A DNA stretch of 64,000 nucleotides from Oopsacas minuta (Eukaryota; Animalia; Porifera). The stretch's first letter is position 1, and each line of letters starts with the position of its first letter. Under the pieces are notes generated by a model, which was not told where the DNA came from, did no database searches, and saw nothing but the letters and a program-made list of their open reading frames with translations. The translations under genes and the position numbers were made by a program. Below are positions 11,434 through 24,618 of the stretch, one piece after another. The stretch is taken from the NCBI GenBank assembly GCA_024704765.1, contig JAKMXF010000344.1:1-64000 (forward strand), read 5' to 3'.

Positions 11434-14221
11434 GAGCAAAATAATCGGTTACTACATGGAGATTTAGAATACACAATTTATGTTTGACTTGACTATAAAA
11501 TATACAATGTGATAAATACCAGATTTTTCTATATGGGGATTCACTGATAAACTTCGCAAATATCCTCTCCAAACCATTTATTCAACCCTTGTTTGTAAAC
11601 CTTGAACCTTGTCCGAAGTATATTTTGCCATTAAGTACATTTTCTCAGCTCCACTAGGTCGGAACATGTCAATTACTCCACTTATCCTCTGAAAGCTTTC
11701 TACCTTGAAATAATGAGACCATTATGTACTCTTATACTCTTGTTTGACGATGTCACTGTTTGTCTACATTGAAACGTTCACAAACGTATCTGTAGAAAGG
11801 GGGAAACAGGGCGGCATTTCCGTTGTCCCTCTCTAAACATTTGTGTAAATGTCTATCTAAACTGTATAATAGTGTGTTATATGTTAACTTGTTGATATTC
11901 CTTCTAGATCTTAAGCATAATTCTCAAAATGGTACTTTGAATGGAATGCTGGACGATTGTCTCCATGTCTACCTATTAGAGTTACTTTATCACTTTTGTT
12001 CACTTGATTCAGAAACATTTCTAGATTTTCATAATTCTATTTATAGACATGCTATTACAAATGGGAAAATTTCATTACTGCATAATACAAGACACTTTGC
12101 TAGACTTGTTTGGTGGATCCTCATTGGCCAGATGAAGGACATCGAAGGTTTATCTTCTCTCCTTACTTGGTGTGATGATTCTAATCAGTATTCAACCGCT
12201 AAATATATTACAGAACTGAATTTGATGTTATCAGATTATAGTGAGACAATTGGAATGAAATATTAAGTATTTCAATAGATATGTGTTCTATTATCTATAG
12301 CAGGCATGGAATCTATGCTTTTATCAGCACTTCATGTTATTACCACATTATCGAGATTCACTAACAAAACTCGATATTTGTTACCTAAAACAATGTGAAT
12401 TTAAGATCCAAAGAATTTCAATATTTAAGATGCTCCAATTATTTGCATTGTCTTCTAGACTGTATCAGCAGAAACTGATAACCTTTTTCAAATACAAATC
12501 AGTCTCTTGCAGATTTTCCTTAAATATACCGAAATATTCTCTGGGTGCGCCAGAATTTATTTTTATCAATCTGCTGAAATTTACAGAAATATTGTGGATA
12601 GCATACATTGAATTTGAAATACCCAGATAATTACCATCTTTTCCATGGCATCTTACCAAATTTCCCCATTAGAATACAGAATTTATATAAATGCTTTGTT
12701 TTCAAGAAAGTCTTTATTTCATTTTTTCATTTTTTCTCATTGTGTCGTTTCTGCTGATATTGCTTAAAACAATGGCAATCTCCTTTTCTCATTCTTATTA
12801 ATACAAATATATTTAAAACTGTTTCTAATTATCTTTGTAACTAATGTGGCATGCATATTTGAGCCATGTGTCAATTCTAGTAAGGTCTTCCAATACCTTT
12901 TGTCATAGCGTAGTTCGTCTATTTTTCGTCCTGCCTCTAATCTTCATGAGATTCTCTGAATCTCGGAAATTATTCAGCAAATATCACTTAAGTATATAAT
13001 AAGTTTTGTTAGTGAATAAGGCTCGTTATTCTGATCTCTAAGCCTACACCTTAGCAATTAGACTCAATATTGGTTAATTACCTGTATTATATTATATTAT
13101 ATTTTGTATAATTCATTGGCATTATGTATTCGATCTTAGATATCTTAGAAATTTGAATTTATTTTAGGTATGATGTGATCCAATATAATGAATATTACTG
13201 TTTTTACGAATAATTACATCAAGGTTATCCATTTTGTGATATATATTTGTCTTTGGCATAGTCACTATTTATTGAATCATACTTTCATCCCAACTCTTTC
13301 CAAATTCTGTAATTGGTAGAATCTTTATAATAAGTTACAAAGATTTTAAAGCTGATAGAATGAGGTATACAAGGATTGGTAATATTCTAGAGCGATTGCT
13401 ACATGATAAAGTAGTATATAAGCATGCCGAATTTACTAGGCCGCTCTCGGTCCAATTTAGATGAAATAGGGTTTTGATATTTTTATTTGCTACCTGAGGG
13501 TATATAATATCACTTTGACACAATGATGTGTCAACCACCATTATCATGATCAGTGTGACTTGAATTCATTCATTATTTCATTAACACACATAATTAAATT
13601 CTAAATAGATTATCTCCTCGCACCGAATTTCACATACTATTACCCGTCGGCAAAACTTTGGAATTGGAATTTCGGAGGATTCAAAAGTATTCACAATGAT
13701 ATTTGTTTTGATGATGACTTTGGTGCCATGTGGTCCAATACATTTGTCCAGTTAGTGTAGTATTGGATTTGATTTGAATTGTCGCGTAGAATTTTGTATT
13801 CATTGGATAATTTGGGACATATCGATTATATAATTTGTCGAAGTTTTTTTGCTTTTTTGTCCTAAATTGATTGAGTTATGGTGGCAGCTCAAACTAGAGA
13901 TTTGGTATGTGATAAATCTAGGTACAAGTGTATAAATACAGCGAAAACTAAATATTTTGAGTAAATATTCCACATATATTAAATTTAATGTTATTGAATA
14001 CACAAGTAAGCATGGCAAATATATTTCAACTAGTAAAGCGTTCAAAATTTCGAAAAATAGCTGAAAGCAAACATATAATGCAGGCAAATATTGGCCACTT
14101 AAATTCAACCTAACTTTATAATGTAGAATGATTGATTAATGTGGTCTCTGGAATCTCTACTTTGAGTCTTTTAAATGTTTTATGTGTACTGGGTATACTC
14201 TATATCTATACTATGTATAAT

Positions 14222-14392
14222 AGGGGCTGTCCAAATGTGTCCCAACGCTACAAGGGGAGGGTGTGTTATGAGAAGTGTGACAGCTCCATTCTTCTTGTAT
14301 TATAACACGGTCTAAAAGCTTGACACAGGGATGGGGTGTCAAAACTCATGAAATTTACGTTACCTATCGATTGAACGGCCCCGCATAGGAAT
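14222..14392. mobile_element. Small MITE (GGGGCYGTYCA...TTGAACGGCCCC), possibly PIF/Harbinger type
   Basis: Short TIRs. A second family member lies at ~39905-40067. The superfamily is uncertain. Confidence 0.55.
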
Positions 14393-14699
14393 AAAAATAC
14401 AAGAGCAGGCTGCCACTTGCGTACACAAAGTGTTCGCGAGCCGCTGAGCGCAAGAAAGCGAAGCTTGCATATCTAATTCATCAATTTAATCGACAACTCC
14501 AAAATAATTTAAGAGAAAGTACCAAAGCATTTCAGCAGCGGTATTATTGTAGGATAAAATCCATGAAACGCCTCTCCAACTAAATTTAAAGGCATTTATT
14601 GATACTGAAGCTAAAATTGGGCTAAAATAATACTAATCCATCAAAGGTTTTGCTTAACAACATTAAATACGAGACTACGCTGGTACAAAATGTAGGGGC

Positions 14700-14815
14700 T
14701 AGGATTCTACACAAATCAAATCAATTAGCCAAGACAACTGAAAAGCTATTGACGAAATACTGGAGCATGGAGCTTTATTACTAGATATGTCAAAGACTTT
14801 TACCCGCACCAGTTT
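14700..14815 (+). pseudogene. Non-LTR retrotransposon reverse transcriptase scrap
   Basis: DST...AIDEILEHGALLLDMSKTF resembles the LINE RT xxLDxSKAFD motif. Very short. Confidence 0.4.
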
Positions 14816-14889
14816 TGGCTGGCTAAGATTGGTCCAGAGCAATAGGTGCCCAAAAATCGAACAGCTGTGGTAATGCCTCATCCATGGCC

Positions 14890-15682
14890 TACTATATACA
14901 CGGCTAGCTGAGTAAAGAATTGCCAAAATAATTTCCAGGCCATTGATAATATTCTGTTTGATTATGAAGTATTGCAGTTATCATTACAAATTCAACTGTA
15001 TTGAGGTTTCCACATACAGTGGAGACATCTAGATAATTTTGAAGCTGCTTTCCTAGTTATTTTAATCACAATGACGCAGTCAAAGTTGATGCCCATATTT
15101 GGTGATTTTTTTCCATTTTTAACAATTTTTCGAGAAATTTTCAAAACTTAAACTAATCCTTTTGTTTAAAATACCTTCTACTTGTTAATGTTATTTAAGT
15201 AACCAAAAGATGATCTTCGTTTTCATAAACACTCGTTAAATAATCATTTTAGTGATATTCGCTCTAAAACAACATTTAATAGTCAATCCTAGAACATCGA
15301 AGACATTCCTTCAATACTGTATGTGAACACATAATAGGTCATAGTGTTAACCATTAGTGTATTTCATAGTCTTTTTATTGTGTTTTTGTGCAAAGTTAAT
15401 ACAAATCATGATTCATTGCATGGGATTTGTGGGTTTTTGATAATATTGGTATATATTTGTGTAATAATTTGTATTATTGAAAGTGAACTTGATTGCGTCA
15501 TTGTGGTTAAAATAACTTGGAAAGCAGCTTCAAAAGTATCTATATGTCTCCACCGTATGTGCACACCTCAACACAGTTGAATTTTAATGATAGCTGTAAT
15601 TCTTCATGATCAAAGAGAATAGAATCAATGGCCTCAAAATTATTTTGGCAATTCCTTGCTTAGCCGGCCGTGTACATAGTAG
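14890..15682. repeat. Inverted repeat, ~200-bp arms (14890-15087 / 15486-15682)
   Basis: GAATTGCCAAAATAATTT..GGCCATTGAT..AATTCAACTGT.TTGAGGT..CACATAC.GTGGAGACAT..TTTTGAAGCTGCTTTCC is present on both strands. Confidence 0.85.
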
Positions 15683-17427
15683 TCCTTGCCCTCACCAGTC
15701 ATTCATTTTTGAATTTGTTGGTACAAGCGATTTAAGGTAGGAATGTTTGTGTGTACAGCACCCTAGCTATTTCTGCAAACAGAGGAACCCTAAAACCCTC
15801 TTGGATCCGTTAGTGCATGTTTGCAGATTATGTGTCCTCAAAACATGTGGTCAATTTTCATGCATCTAAAGAAGAGGTCATCAAATTTTAAACTATATTT
15901 ATCTATCAATTGGAAACACGATTCACTTTCTACTTGTTTTAATAATAACAATGCACATAATCATCATATAATATATGTTCCCCGAAGATATTTCCACGAT
16001 ATTACAAGGTTTGACAAAGTAAAAGTACTAACTATCAGATATATTAGCATGGCAACATGATTACAATTCATATAAATATATTGCTCAACAGATACAAAAG
16101 CATATTCACTTTTCGTTAGCGACATTTTGTACTATTTGGACGATTTGGGATTAAAAGAATACTTAGCAAATTTATGAGTAATTTCACATCAAAAATTTTT
16201 AGGCTGAAAATTTGATGCCATTGAAAATTACCTGTATCTATGGATCGGATAATTGAGAATATTTCATATTCAAAATGGGGGAGGGGGCAAGAATGGAAGA
16301 ATTGGAGGCTATTGCCCCTTCAGCCCCCACAGATGACCTTATTTCTCTTCATAGAAACGACAAATTAATCATGGAATTTTATGAAAAAATTATCGAATTT
16401 CATCTTCCGTTAATTAATAATTAACTAGAACGGTTCGCTTGCTATGTCGCCGCTAACAGCTTAGTGGTCCAGGTTAAATAAGTATTCAACAGCTAGATTT
16501 TATAGTGTTATTGGCACTACGTAACAGAATTTACTCGGAACTATGTGCCTCGAATTCACAGAATATTTAAATTTTAAGATTTTATTATCCATGGCCCATC
16601 CAAATCACATTCAATGGCCTTCGGTGGTGGACACTGTAGATGCTAACTCGCTTTTGGAGAGTAAAAATCAGACCTCGGGGCCCTCCGGTTACTGCAATCA
16701 ATTCAGGACATATAAACATATACGTATATACACATAGATATGCAGATTAATTGCGTTTTTAATAAAAGAGATGTTTTTATTTCTACGATCACTTGAAATC
16801 TTTAGATTTCTCAGGAACCTTAGGGGATGAATTAAAATCAAATATCATTGATATACCCGGAAAGCGCTTTGAAGAACATTTTCAGTGGAAAATATCTATG
16901 AGGAATGTTGTGCTATCATAATATTTTTGCGCCCCGACCTCTACTTATATATAAATATATAGAGAGAGAGAACTCCTACACTACAAACTATGATCATACA
17001 GACAGCATTGGGTGTACAAATTTCATCTATGCAAATGTTGTGATCCTAAAACTAGTGGTTCAACATCTCGAGATTTGTGAATAAGATCCACTTCTCTTTT
17101 CCTGGGAAATTTCTCTTTCCCATCCCTTGAATTGAATCATAGCTTCTTGATGTTATTTATCCAACAAGGATAACTATATTATGCTTTATTTAATTATTTA
17201 ATCAAGAATTTACACTATCAGAATTAGAAAGATGCCTAAAGTTATCCACCAGTGGATTTCTGAGGCATTTGACAGCTTACTGATTTTATACAATTACTAT
17301 AAAAAAAAGGGGAAAAGAGAAGCTGAAATTTAATCAAATAAGTCAAATTAAACTTAAAGAGTTCAAGATGTACAGATTATATTGTTTGTTCAGTGGTTCT
17401 TCAGTAATGGTAAAAATGGGTCGATTA

Positions 17428-18633
17428 CACTGGGCAACATCAAATTTATTCCTCAAATGAAAATATATTACCTAGACTAACTTTGGGATGCTGATTCCAA
17501 ATCTGAAATCAGAATTGATCTATCACGTCAGGATTTCAAGATATGAAAATTCACGAAATTCGGATTTTGCATTGACTGGCACTATATTATAAGGTACTAT
17601 ACAGTACAAGTTAGGCCTATTGTACAATTTTCTTTCCCAGCGAATTGTTGGTCAACAATGCATATTATGTACGGTTAATATTAACATTATTTTGTAAATG
17701 TAATGTTCTATCTTTTGACAATTAATGCATTCTTGAGTGTTCTTGGCCATGGCTATAAGGAGGGGTTATTTAGCCTACTTGCGGGTGGATTGTAGACTGT
17801 ATCGATAAACCAACAACATTACTGTTTTGCAGAATTTTTAGTTTGTAACTGATTGTGTATTTAAGCTTTTTGTTTACAATGAATACGAGCAGAAGACAAT
17901 GCACGAACCACCCAGATAACTTCTGCTATATTTGTGGAAAATTTACGCCGAAGCCCCAGCGAAGAAATATTGCCAATCGTGTCAAGATTGGCTACAAGTA
18001 TTACTTTGGTTGCAAAGTTGGTGACCAAGACAAGAACTGGGCACCTCACATCTGCTGTACCGTCTGCTATGCCAGTCTAATCCAATGGCTTAATGGGAAG
18101 AAGAAATCCATGCCATTTGCGGTACCTATGATTTGGCGAGAACCTAAAAACCATACGTCGGATTGTTATTTTTGCACAACAAATATTGCTGGATTTTCGA
18201 CCTCTATACCGTGATGGCATCGCGGTATAGAGGTCGATTTAACCCAAACATGATGGGGGACTACTGCTGGTTTCTCCAGCGTGAAACTGACACTGAACAT
18301 GCTCGAAAGAGCAAGTGTATAAAGCACTTTGAGAGGATACAATGTTATTTTTGTCTGGTTTAATCATCCTGGGTTGTGTTAAATTGTGCAAAATGATAAT
18401 TCTGTTATTTTCACTAGCAATCACTGTGTTTATTATATGTAATGTTTTGTTCTGCACAGCCAAAATTAGCCAAAATGACAATTACGGGTTGTTGTGTGCA
18501 TATGTCATATCTCAAAAACGTGACGTGTTTGAAAAAATCTAAGGCCAGATTTGGATTCAGCATGGTCATATTAGTCTAGGTAAACTTGAAACGAGCAAGG
18601 AATAAAAAATAAGTTGTAAAATGTTGTCCAGTG
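17428..18633 (+). mobile_element. Chapaev3-type (CMC) transposon, internally deleted
   Basis: TTA TSD on both sides; TIR CACTGGGCAACAT / ATGTTGTCCAGTG. N-terminal Cys-rich domain (FCYICG...FGCKVGDQDKNWAPHICC..C...PMIWREPKNH..DCYFC) is fused directly to C-terminal RYRGRFNPNMMGDYCWFL, so the catalytic core is missing. Confidence 0.8.
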
Positions 18634-18729
18634 TTATCGCCGTGTCAAAATCAACAGTGCATGGCACTTGGAATCCACCCCCCCCATGTCTGATGTGTTA
18701 TATAAAGGTAGGCCAAGCGTAATTATCGA

Positions 18730-20052
18730 TCGACAAAATACTTGTGACGATTATGACATTATGGAAATAGAAAATGTAACCGGTGCAGGTTACATCATTA
18801 TTGATGATGATTTGACTACTTTAGTAGAACTACGAGATGACTAAGCTATATAGACTACTATTCATAAGGTGCGAAAAACAGTCAAATTGTTTCGAATATC
18901 TCGTAAGAAAATGAATTATTCAAACTAGTTTAACAAGTGAATTACACAAGGAATTAATGTTTATCCTAGATACTAAAATATGATGGAATAGTTGTTGAAA
19001 ATGATTGAAAGGTTCCTTGAGTTTAACAAGTATATTGAAAAGGCATTAATTGATTTAGATGCGAGGTTTATTATGGCACAAGGTGAGTATTTTTGCTAGA
19101 TGATATTTTTCTCGTTGCAGCCAATTAAATTTGCTATTGACGCTATGGGTAGCAGATATGCAAATCTACTTGCAGCAGATGATGCCTCAAGTTTCATTCA
19201 CAATTAGATAACAATGCTTCAGTTCTTAGTCTTGAGTTAAATTAGCTTAGAAACGAGTGTGATGGAGAATCGAGACTGACATCTTCGGAGGACTAAAGTA
19301 TCTACACAATCCAGGCTCCATACTAGAAGAAAATGTATATTATGTTCTACTGAAGCCTTCAATTCAGAAAACAATAAAATCCCTACTTTGTCGATTGTAT
19401 CCTAAACTAGAAACAATTATTTAGCAGAAGAATTAACCTCATGAGAGTCACAAGAAATGTAATTTAGTACTAGATCAGTTGTTAGAAACTCCGATCAACT
19501 TGAAGTTTCAATTCGAATGTCTACTTTACCTAAAAATAGATCCAAATATTTTTGATGCTATAAGGAAAGAGATCAGACTTTTTGAAGCAACGAAGAGAAG
19601 AAAAAATTTAGATCTTATATATGAGGAAATTTGCACAGTTCCACCAACAAATGTAGAATCTGAACGTGCATTCTCAGCTGCTGGATTATTTATCACAAAA
19701 TTGAGAAATAAAGTCAATATACATCAATTGCTAGGATTTGTATTCTGCGTGGTTATTTTGTAACTAAAAGAAATCAAATTGTTTTCTTATCATTCTTTTC
19801 TTCATCATACTTTTGTTTGTCGTAATTTATCATTCCATCCATTCTCATACTTTTCATTATCGTAATCTTTATTCCTTTTCACCATTATTAACTAGTAAAA
19901 TTATCTTTCTACTAAATAATATAGGAGACAAATAACAAATTTTACAGTGAAGTTTCTACAAAGTCATGTCCTAAATCCTTTCGTGACCCCGGAAAAGATG
20001 CATTTGTTTCCCGTTTCCCGGTAATATATCTACGGGAACTTCAGCAACCCTA
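18730..20052 (+). mobile_element. hAT (Ac/ZBED1-like) transposon remnant, 3' part
   Basis: TIHKVRKTVKLFR...ILDTKI.WNS..KMIERFL and dimerisation motif PPTNVESERAFSAAG (ORF 19479-19763). Right TIR ...GCAACCCTA. Confidence 0.8.
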
Positions 20053-20449
20053 CAAGTAAGCCATCAAGTTCCTGGAAATTTGATGCTGATTTCGATATTA
20101 GAATATCATTAACCCTTGCATTTCTGATAGCTTTCGTTTCACTCAAGTCCAGAAGAATCATGGAATTATCGATTTCATTGATTTTCATGGTTTTGATTAT
20201 GATATCCGTATTCTATCTGGATAAGGAATTTATTTGGAATTATGATTGAGTCGCTAATGGATGCTGGATTGGATTTGCATTACGATTTTGACCCATACAT
20301 TTTCTCTAGTATCTGATAGACCTGAAAGACTTTGATGCTCAGACGCCTTTTCAGTGGTTAATCCGCCATTGGTTACTGCTAGTTGAGCATATCAGCGGAT
20401 TAACAAACAACTCTCCATGCCCCACCTATTTTTCTTTCTTTTAGTTTTC

Positions 20450-20708
20450 ATCTCCAAGCTTATGTCATTTTCGTCAAGCATACCATGAAGAAATTGAAGA
20501 TTCTTCATCATTAGACTATTTGGTGACAAATAAAACCGCAGAAATGGAACTACGCAAATGTGAGTTTCCAAAATCGTTCATATTTTGCCTGAGTAAACGA
20601 GAATGTAGCATTATATATCCACAAATTAATGCAACTAATTGAACACCAAATGGACTAGTCATTTCACTGAATAAATCTCTCAATTTTTACCAATTTGTGT
20701 CATTGCTT
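20450..20708 (+). pseudogene. NOF-like Mutator-family transposase, N-terminal piece (cut by inversion)
   Basis: FCLSKRECSIIYP...LNTKWTSHFTE.ISQFLPICVIA ends at the 20706 junction and continues on the minus strand from 24618. Confidence 0.55.
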
Positions 20709-22571
20709 TGTATAATACCTGAGATCTTTGAATGAAGCGTTTGAAAGGCAATAAGGAAATGTTTCACTAAAGTATTGCTCGATTGATGGGAGGATAAATG
20801 TTGTATTAATATTCTTCTGATTTATCCAGTTATTTCGGATATACTTCACTATGTGAACCAGGTCAAACATCAAGGGAATGGATCTAGTATGATCTGACGA
20901 ATTTGGGCAAGTTAGCTGTAAACTTGTACTACCAGCTAGAGAATTAAATAAACTCACGTTCAGTTAATAATTATCTGTACAAATTACTACTACAGAAAGA
21001 TCACACTTCTCGATGTCAATAATAACTTGCTTCACTACTGTCAGAAGCCAGAAGATTTTGCATTTCAACATGGTAGAAGTTTCACAATTTCAGACCACTT
21101 TGTGAAAAGGCTTGAAACTTGAAATGCTAGAACCGTCTTAGCAGGATCAGATACAAAAGAATTGTTCTCTAAATGTGTTGAATTAGTTTGTAGAAGAGTC
21201 GAACCATAGATGTTACCTCCTATATCTGTGTGATCTGACCTTACTTGAATTTCGTCCAACTGTAGAAGGACATGTTTCGTGAATTTGTTGAAGTCCTGGC
21301 ATGCTACCTTTAGATAATCTGTAAAACTTGTGTCTGAACCAATATTTGAATAGAAACGTTTGAGAGTGGATGAATGAAGCAGCGAGATACAGTCTAATGA
21401 TTACAGATAACTGTAGCAACCTGAAAAGATTAATTGAGCCTTGAGAGATAGAACCAATGTTAATACATTATATCAGTAGATGTTCTTCGAAACCTCAAGT
21501 TGACACAAAATAAATTGTAGTCGATTGAAGATTTTCATGCTCTGGGAATCTTCTTCACAAGTTCTAAATTTTTCTATGGTAGATCTAACGGAATGAGTAG
21601 CAGTATTAATACCAATCTCAACATTATCTTGTCCATGTGAATCAAGCTTTGAATTAACTGATAAATTTGATGAATATCAGAAAGGCTAGTGATTATTGAT
21701 GGAACTTCAACTTCATTTAGAAAACACCTCACATGTAAGCATCATCAATACAGATCTGATGAGATATAGTCAATAGTGATCCAGATAGTACCTTCTTGAA
21801 TACATCCAATGTACCATGACTTGAGTGAATATAAGTCCATTTTTCAGTTAAGTTAATTGTCGTATACTTTCGATGGATGTTATCAATATTAGAAACAGAA
21901 AAAGCTATCGCTTCTTTTTTTATGTTCAGCACGACTCAACTCAAGAGCATGACGAAAATCTCGGATACCAATTTCATTTCGGTACAAACGATCAGGTTGT
22001 TTAGAAGATCCTTGTAAATTTAAAGTGCAGTTAGATAGATTGACGGGCTTGGCACTTTTCTTAAGACCAGGCTTTCTTGAAACTTTTTCCACTGTACCAT
22101 TACCCATAAGGATATCGAAGTGAAGTAGGACGTCATCATCATTGAAATGTTTCGAACATATAAAGACTTTTGCAAATCCCCATGCATTATCTCTATGGAG
22201 AAATCTTCGCTCTTCATCTTGTGATTCTTTTGACCAATGATTCGCCATTTCAAACACTGGAGTATAATTAGTTCCATCATAATTGGAGAAGTAGTTCGCC
22301 ATACTACATATATTAGGCAGATTGCTAAGGAGTAAGAAAATATCGGTAAATTATAACTGAACTACTGAAAAATGGGTCAGAGGATGGACAGCGAGTTGGT
22401 GATTGATAAAGACAACATAGGTTGTGTCGTGGCCTAGAAAGTGTGTTATCAATATAAACAAGTGAATAATAATTATCCTCCATAAAAATTCTGTATCAAA
22501 ATTATATTGATAAAATTGTATTTGAGCATTATGAGTCAATAATGAAATATACTATAGCTACGTAGTCTCTG
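20706..22571 (-). mobile_element. THAP-P element, 5' half (THAP domain and RNase H N-terminal part), decayed
   Basis: THAP (PNICSMAN..SNYD...ICSKHF...P.LKKSA), MDEIQVRSD..GGNIYG...AKTVLAFQVSSLF, and FDLVHIVKYIRNNWINQK...NASFKDLR. Candidate TIR at 22552-22571. Confidence 0.85.
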
Positions 22572-23049
22572 TGTGTAGCCTTCTACATGAAACTAGCCAT
22601 TGTAAGATGATCACTAACTAAATTAAGGATTCTAATAAAAGTGACGTAATGACAATCTATTAGTAGCGCTTAAGAAAGTTTTATTCATGCGTAATATTGA
22701 CTATTAATAATCATATATGTATGCTTTGATGTCGATTTTAAACGAAATCTCCAATATGAGAATACTAGTGGTAACTTTCCATAGTAATCAACAAACAATC
22801 ATAATCCTTGTACCTATTCAAATTCAAGTGCCTCTAACATTAATGAGTGTGAAATTGGCAGCGAAATAAATAGCACACACTTTAACACGTTATAATTATC
22901 TGGCCAGTGAAGTTAGAGATATACCATTTGGACCTTATCTATACTAGCCTATGTGGTTTATGTCATATATCTATATATTATATATGTTCTAATAGTTTAG
23001 TTTTCTTTCCACAATTACACTAGTAGTCTAATAGAGTTAGAATTACCAC

Positions 23050-24618
23050 TTGTACATTACCCGCACTTAATCTTGTGTATATAATTTAGTATACGTTTAT
23101 CTAAAAGATCTAACGATATTTTGCTGTAATTCGCTACTTGAATCTAATCTCCATTCTTAACTATTTCCTATCTTTCTTTGAATATCATTTTGCTGTCTTC
23201 TATTTGTGTGCACTCTCACTATCTATTTTGGTTCTCTTTGAACTTTACTACTAACAGGCGTAAAGGTAAAATCAAATATTTTAATTCGACCAGAAATTCC
23301 TTCACATATTCTCCTTAAAAAGTCGCCAGGCTTCAATTTCGTTTCTACTATGAAAATTTGGATTTAACAATTTTTCATCCAATTTTCTACATCTGAATTG
23401 GTAAATATTACTTATAACTTTCCCGGAAATAGAGTCGGGTCAATAATGAGCCCGGTCCATAAAGGAGATATTGGCATATAGTAAGTTCCAAATACTCTAG
23501 TGGATTCGATGAGTACATGTCCTGTTTTCTTCCAGGTGTGCTCTTTGCTTTCGAGATTGTAAATTTCGTACAATGGAATAACTCTTCTGTAGTATGGCAT
23601 CATAATGTCTTCGGAATGGAGACATTTTTCTATAAGTCATACTATCTCCCAGTTCATCAGACAAATCATCGTCTAATTCAGAAAAAACCTTTTACTAGGT
23701 CATAATTTCATTAATATTCAAAATATCACTCTGAAGATGTTTGATTTATTGTACTATTTGAGGGAATTTCATCCGGGATAAACATGATATGCATAAGGAT
23801 ATGAATAATTTGTCCACTTCTTCTAGGGTTGTGCAATTTGTAATTCGGGCAATTATAAACATTATTACTCGTTTAGTCTCTTTAGTCGGTCTTAATTATG
23901 TTCAATCTAATAACTGAAACGGTTCGTTATATGTGCAGAACATATAGTAATAATGGTTTTTATATATTAGATGTCAATTTCTGCCTCGTTGACTCTTTGC
24001 CAACAAGCATCTAAGCACATATCCAGCATGTGTGTATGAAAGCATATAGATACACTGTGCAAAATTTCCAAGCTAAAATTTACCTCACCAGGTGAAAGAG
24101 TTATATCCCTATGTAATACTTGATTTAGATTATAGAGCAATTTGCTAAGAAAATGAGTAATTTCAACATTAGTATTGTGCACTGCTTATCATCTCAGCAA
24201 GCGGGATAGGAGAAGTTTTAGCCACAGGATGACTCACTGTTAAAGCATAATACAAGATTCTTTTGTGAAATTTATCAATTTTTTAACCTTTGAGCCAGTT
24301 GCATCTAAATACAAGGTCAATTTTCCATGTTGAAAATTTCTGATGAGAGTATTTGCTCTCCGTGTCCATATGAGTCACAATGGAAGATCTAGATACAGTC
24401 TGTATATATCCACTGAGAAAAGCTCCTTTAATATTATTATTATATGTTTCGACGGAATATGCAGTCATAATATCAGTGTTCCTGAGAAATCGATATTATA
24501 ACGTTTACTTAGGAATATCAGTCATCCGAAATTAAAATTTCAAACCGTTCTTGAATTTACAAATTGACTCCAACAAGATACGAGCAATTTCGAATGATAG
24601 ATTTCTTATTAATTCGAT
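23050..24618 (-). pseudogene. NOF-like Mutator-family transposase, central/C-terminal part (inverted)
   Basis: YHRINKK..RNCSY...ICKFKN, YLDATGS...RILYYAL..HP....PIPLAEMISS.H.NVEITHFL, ITICSAHI, YMPISPLWTGLII, FTNSDVENWMK. Confidence 0.7.
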
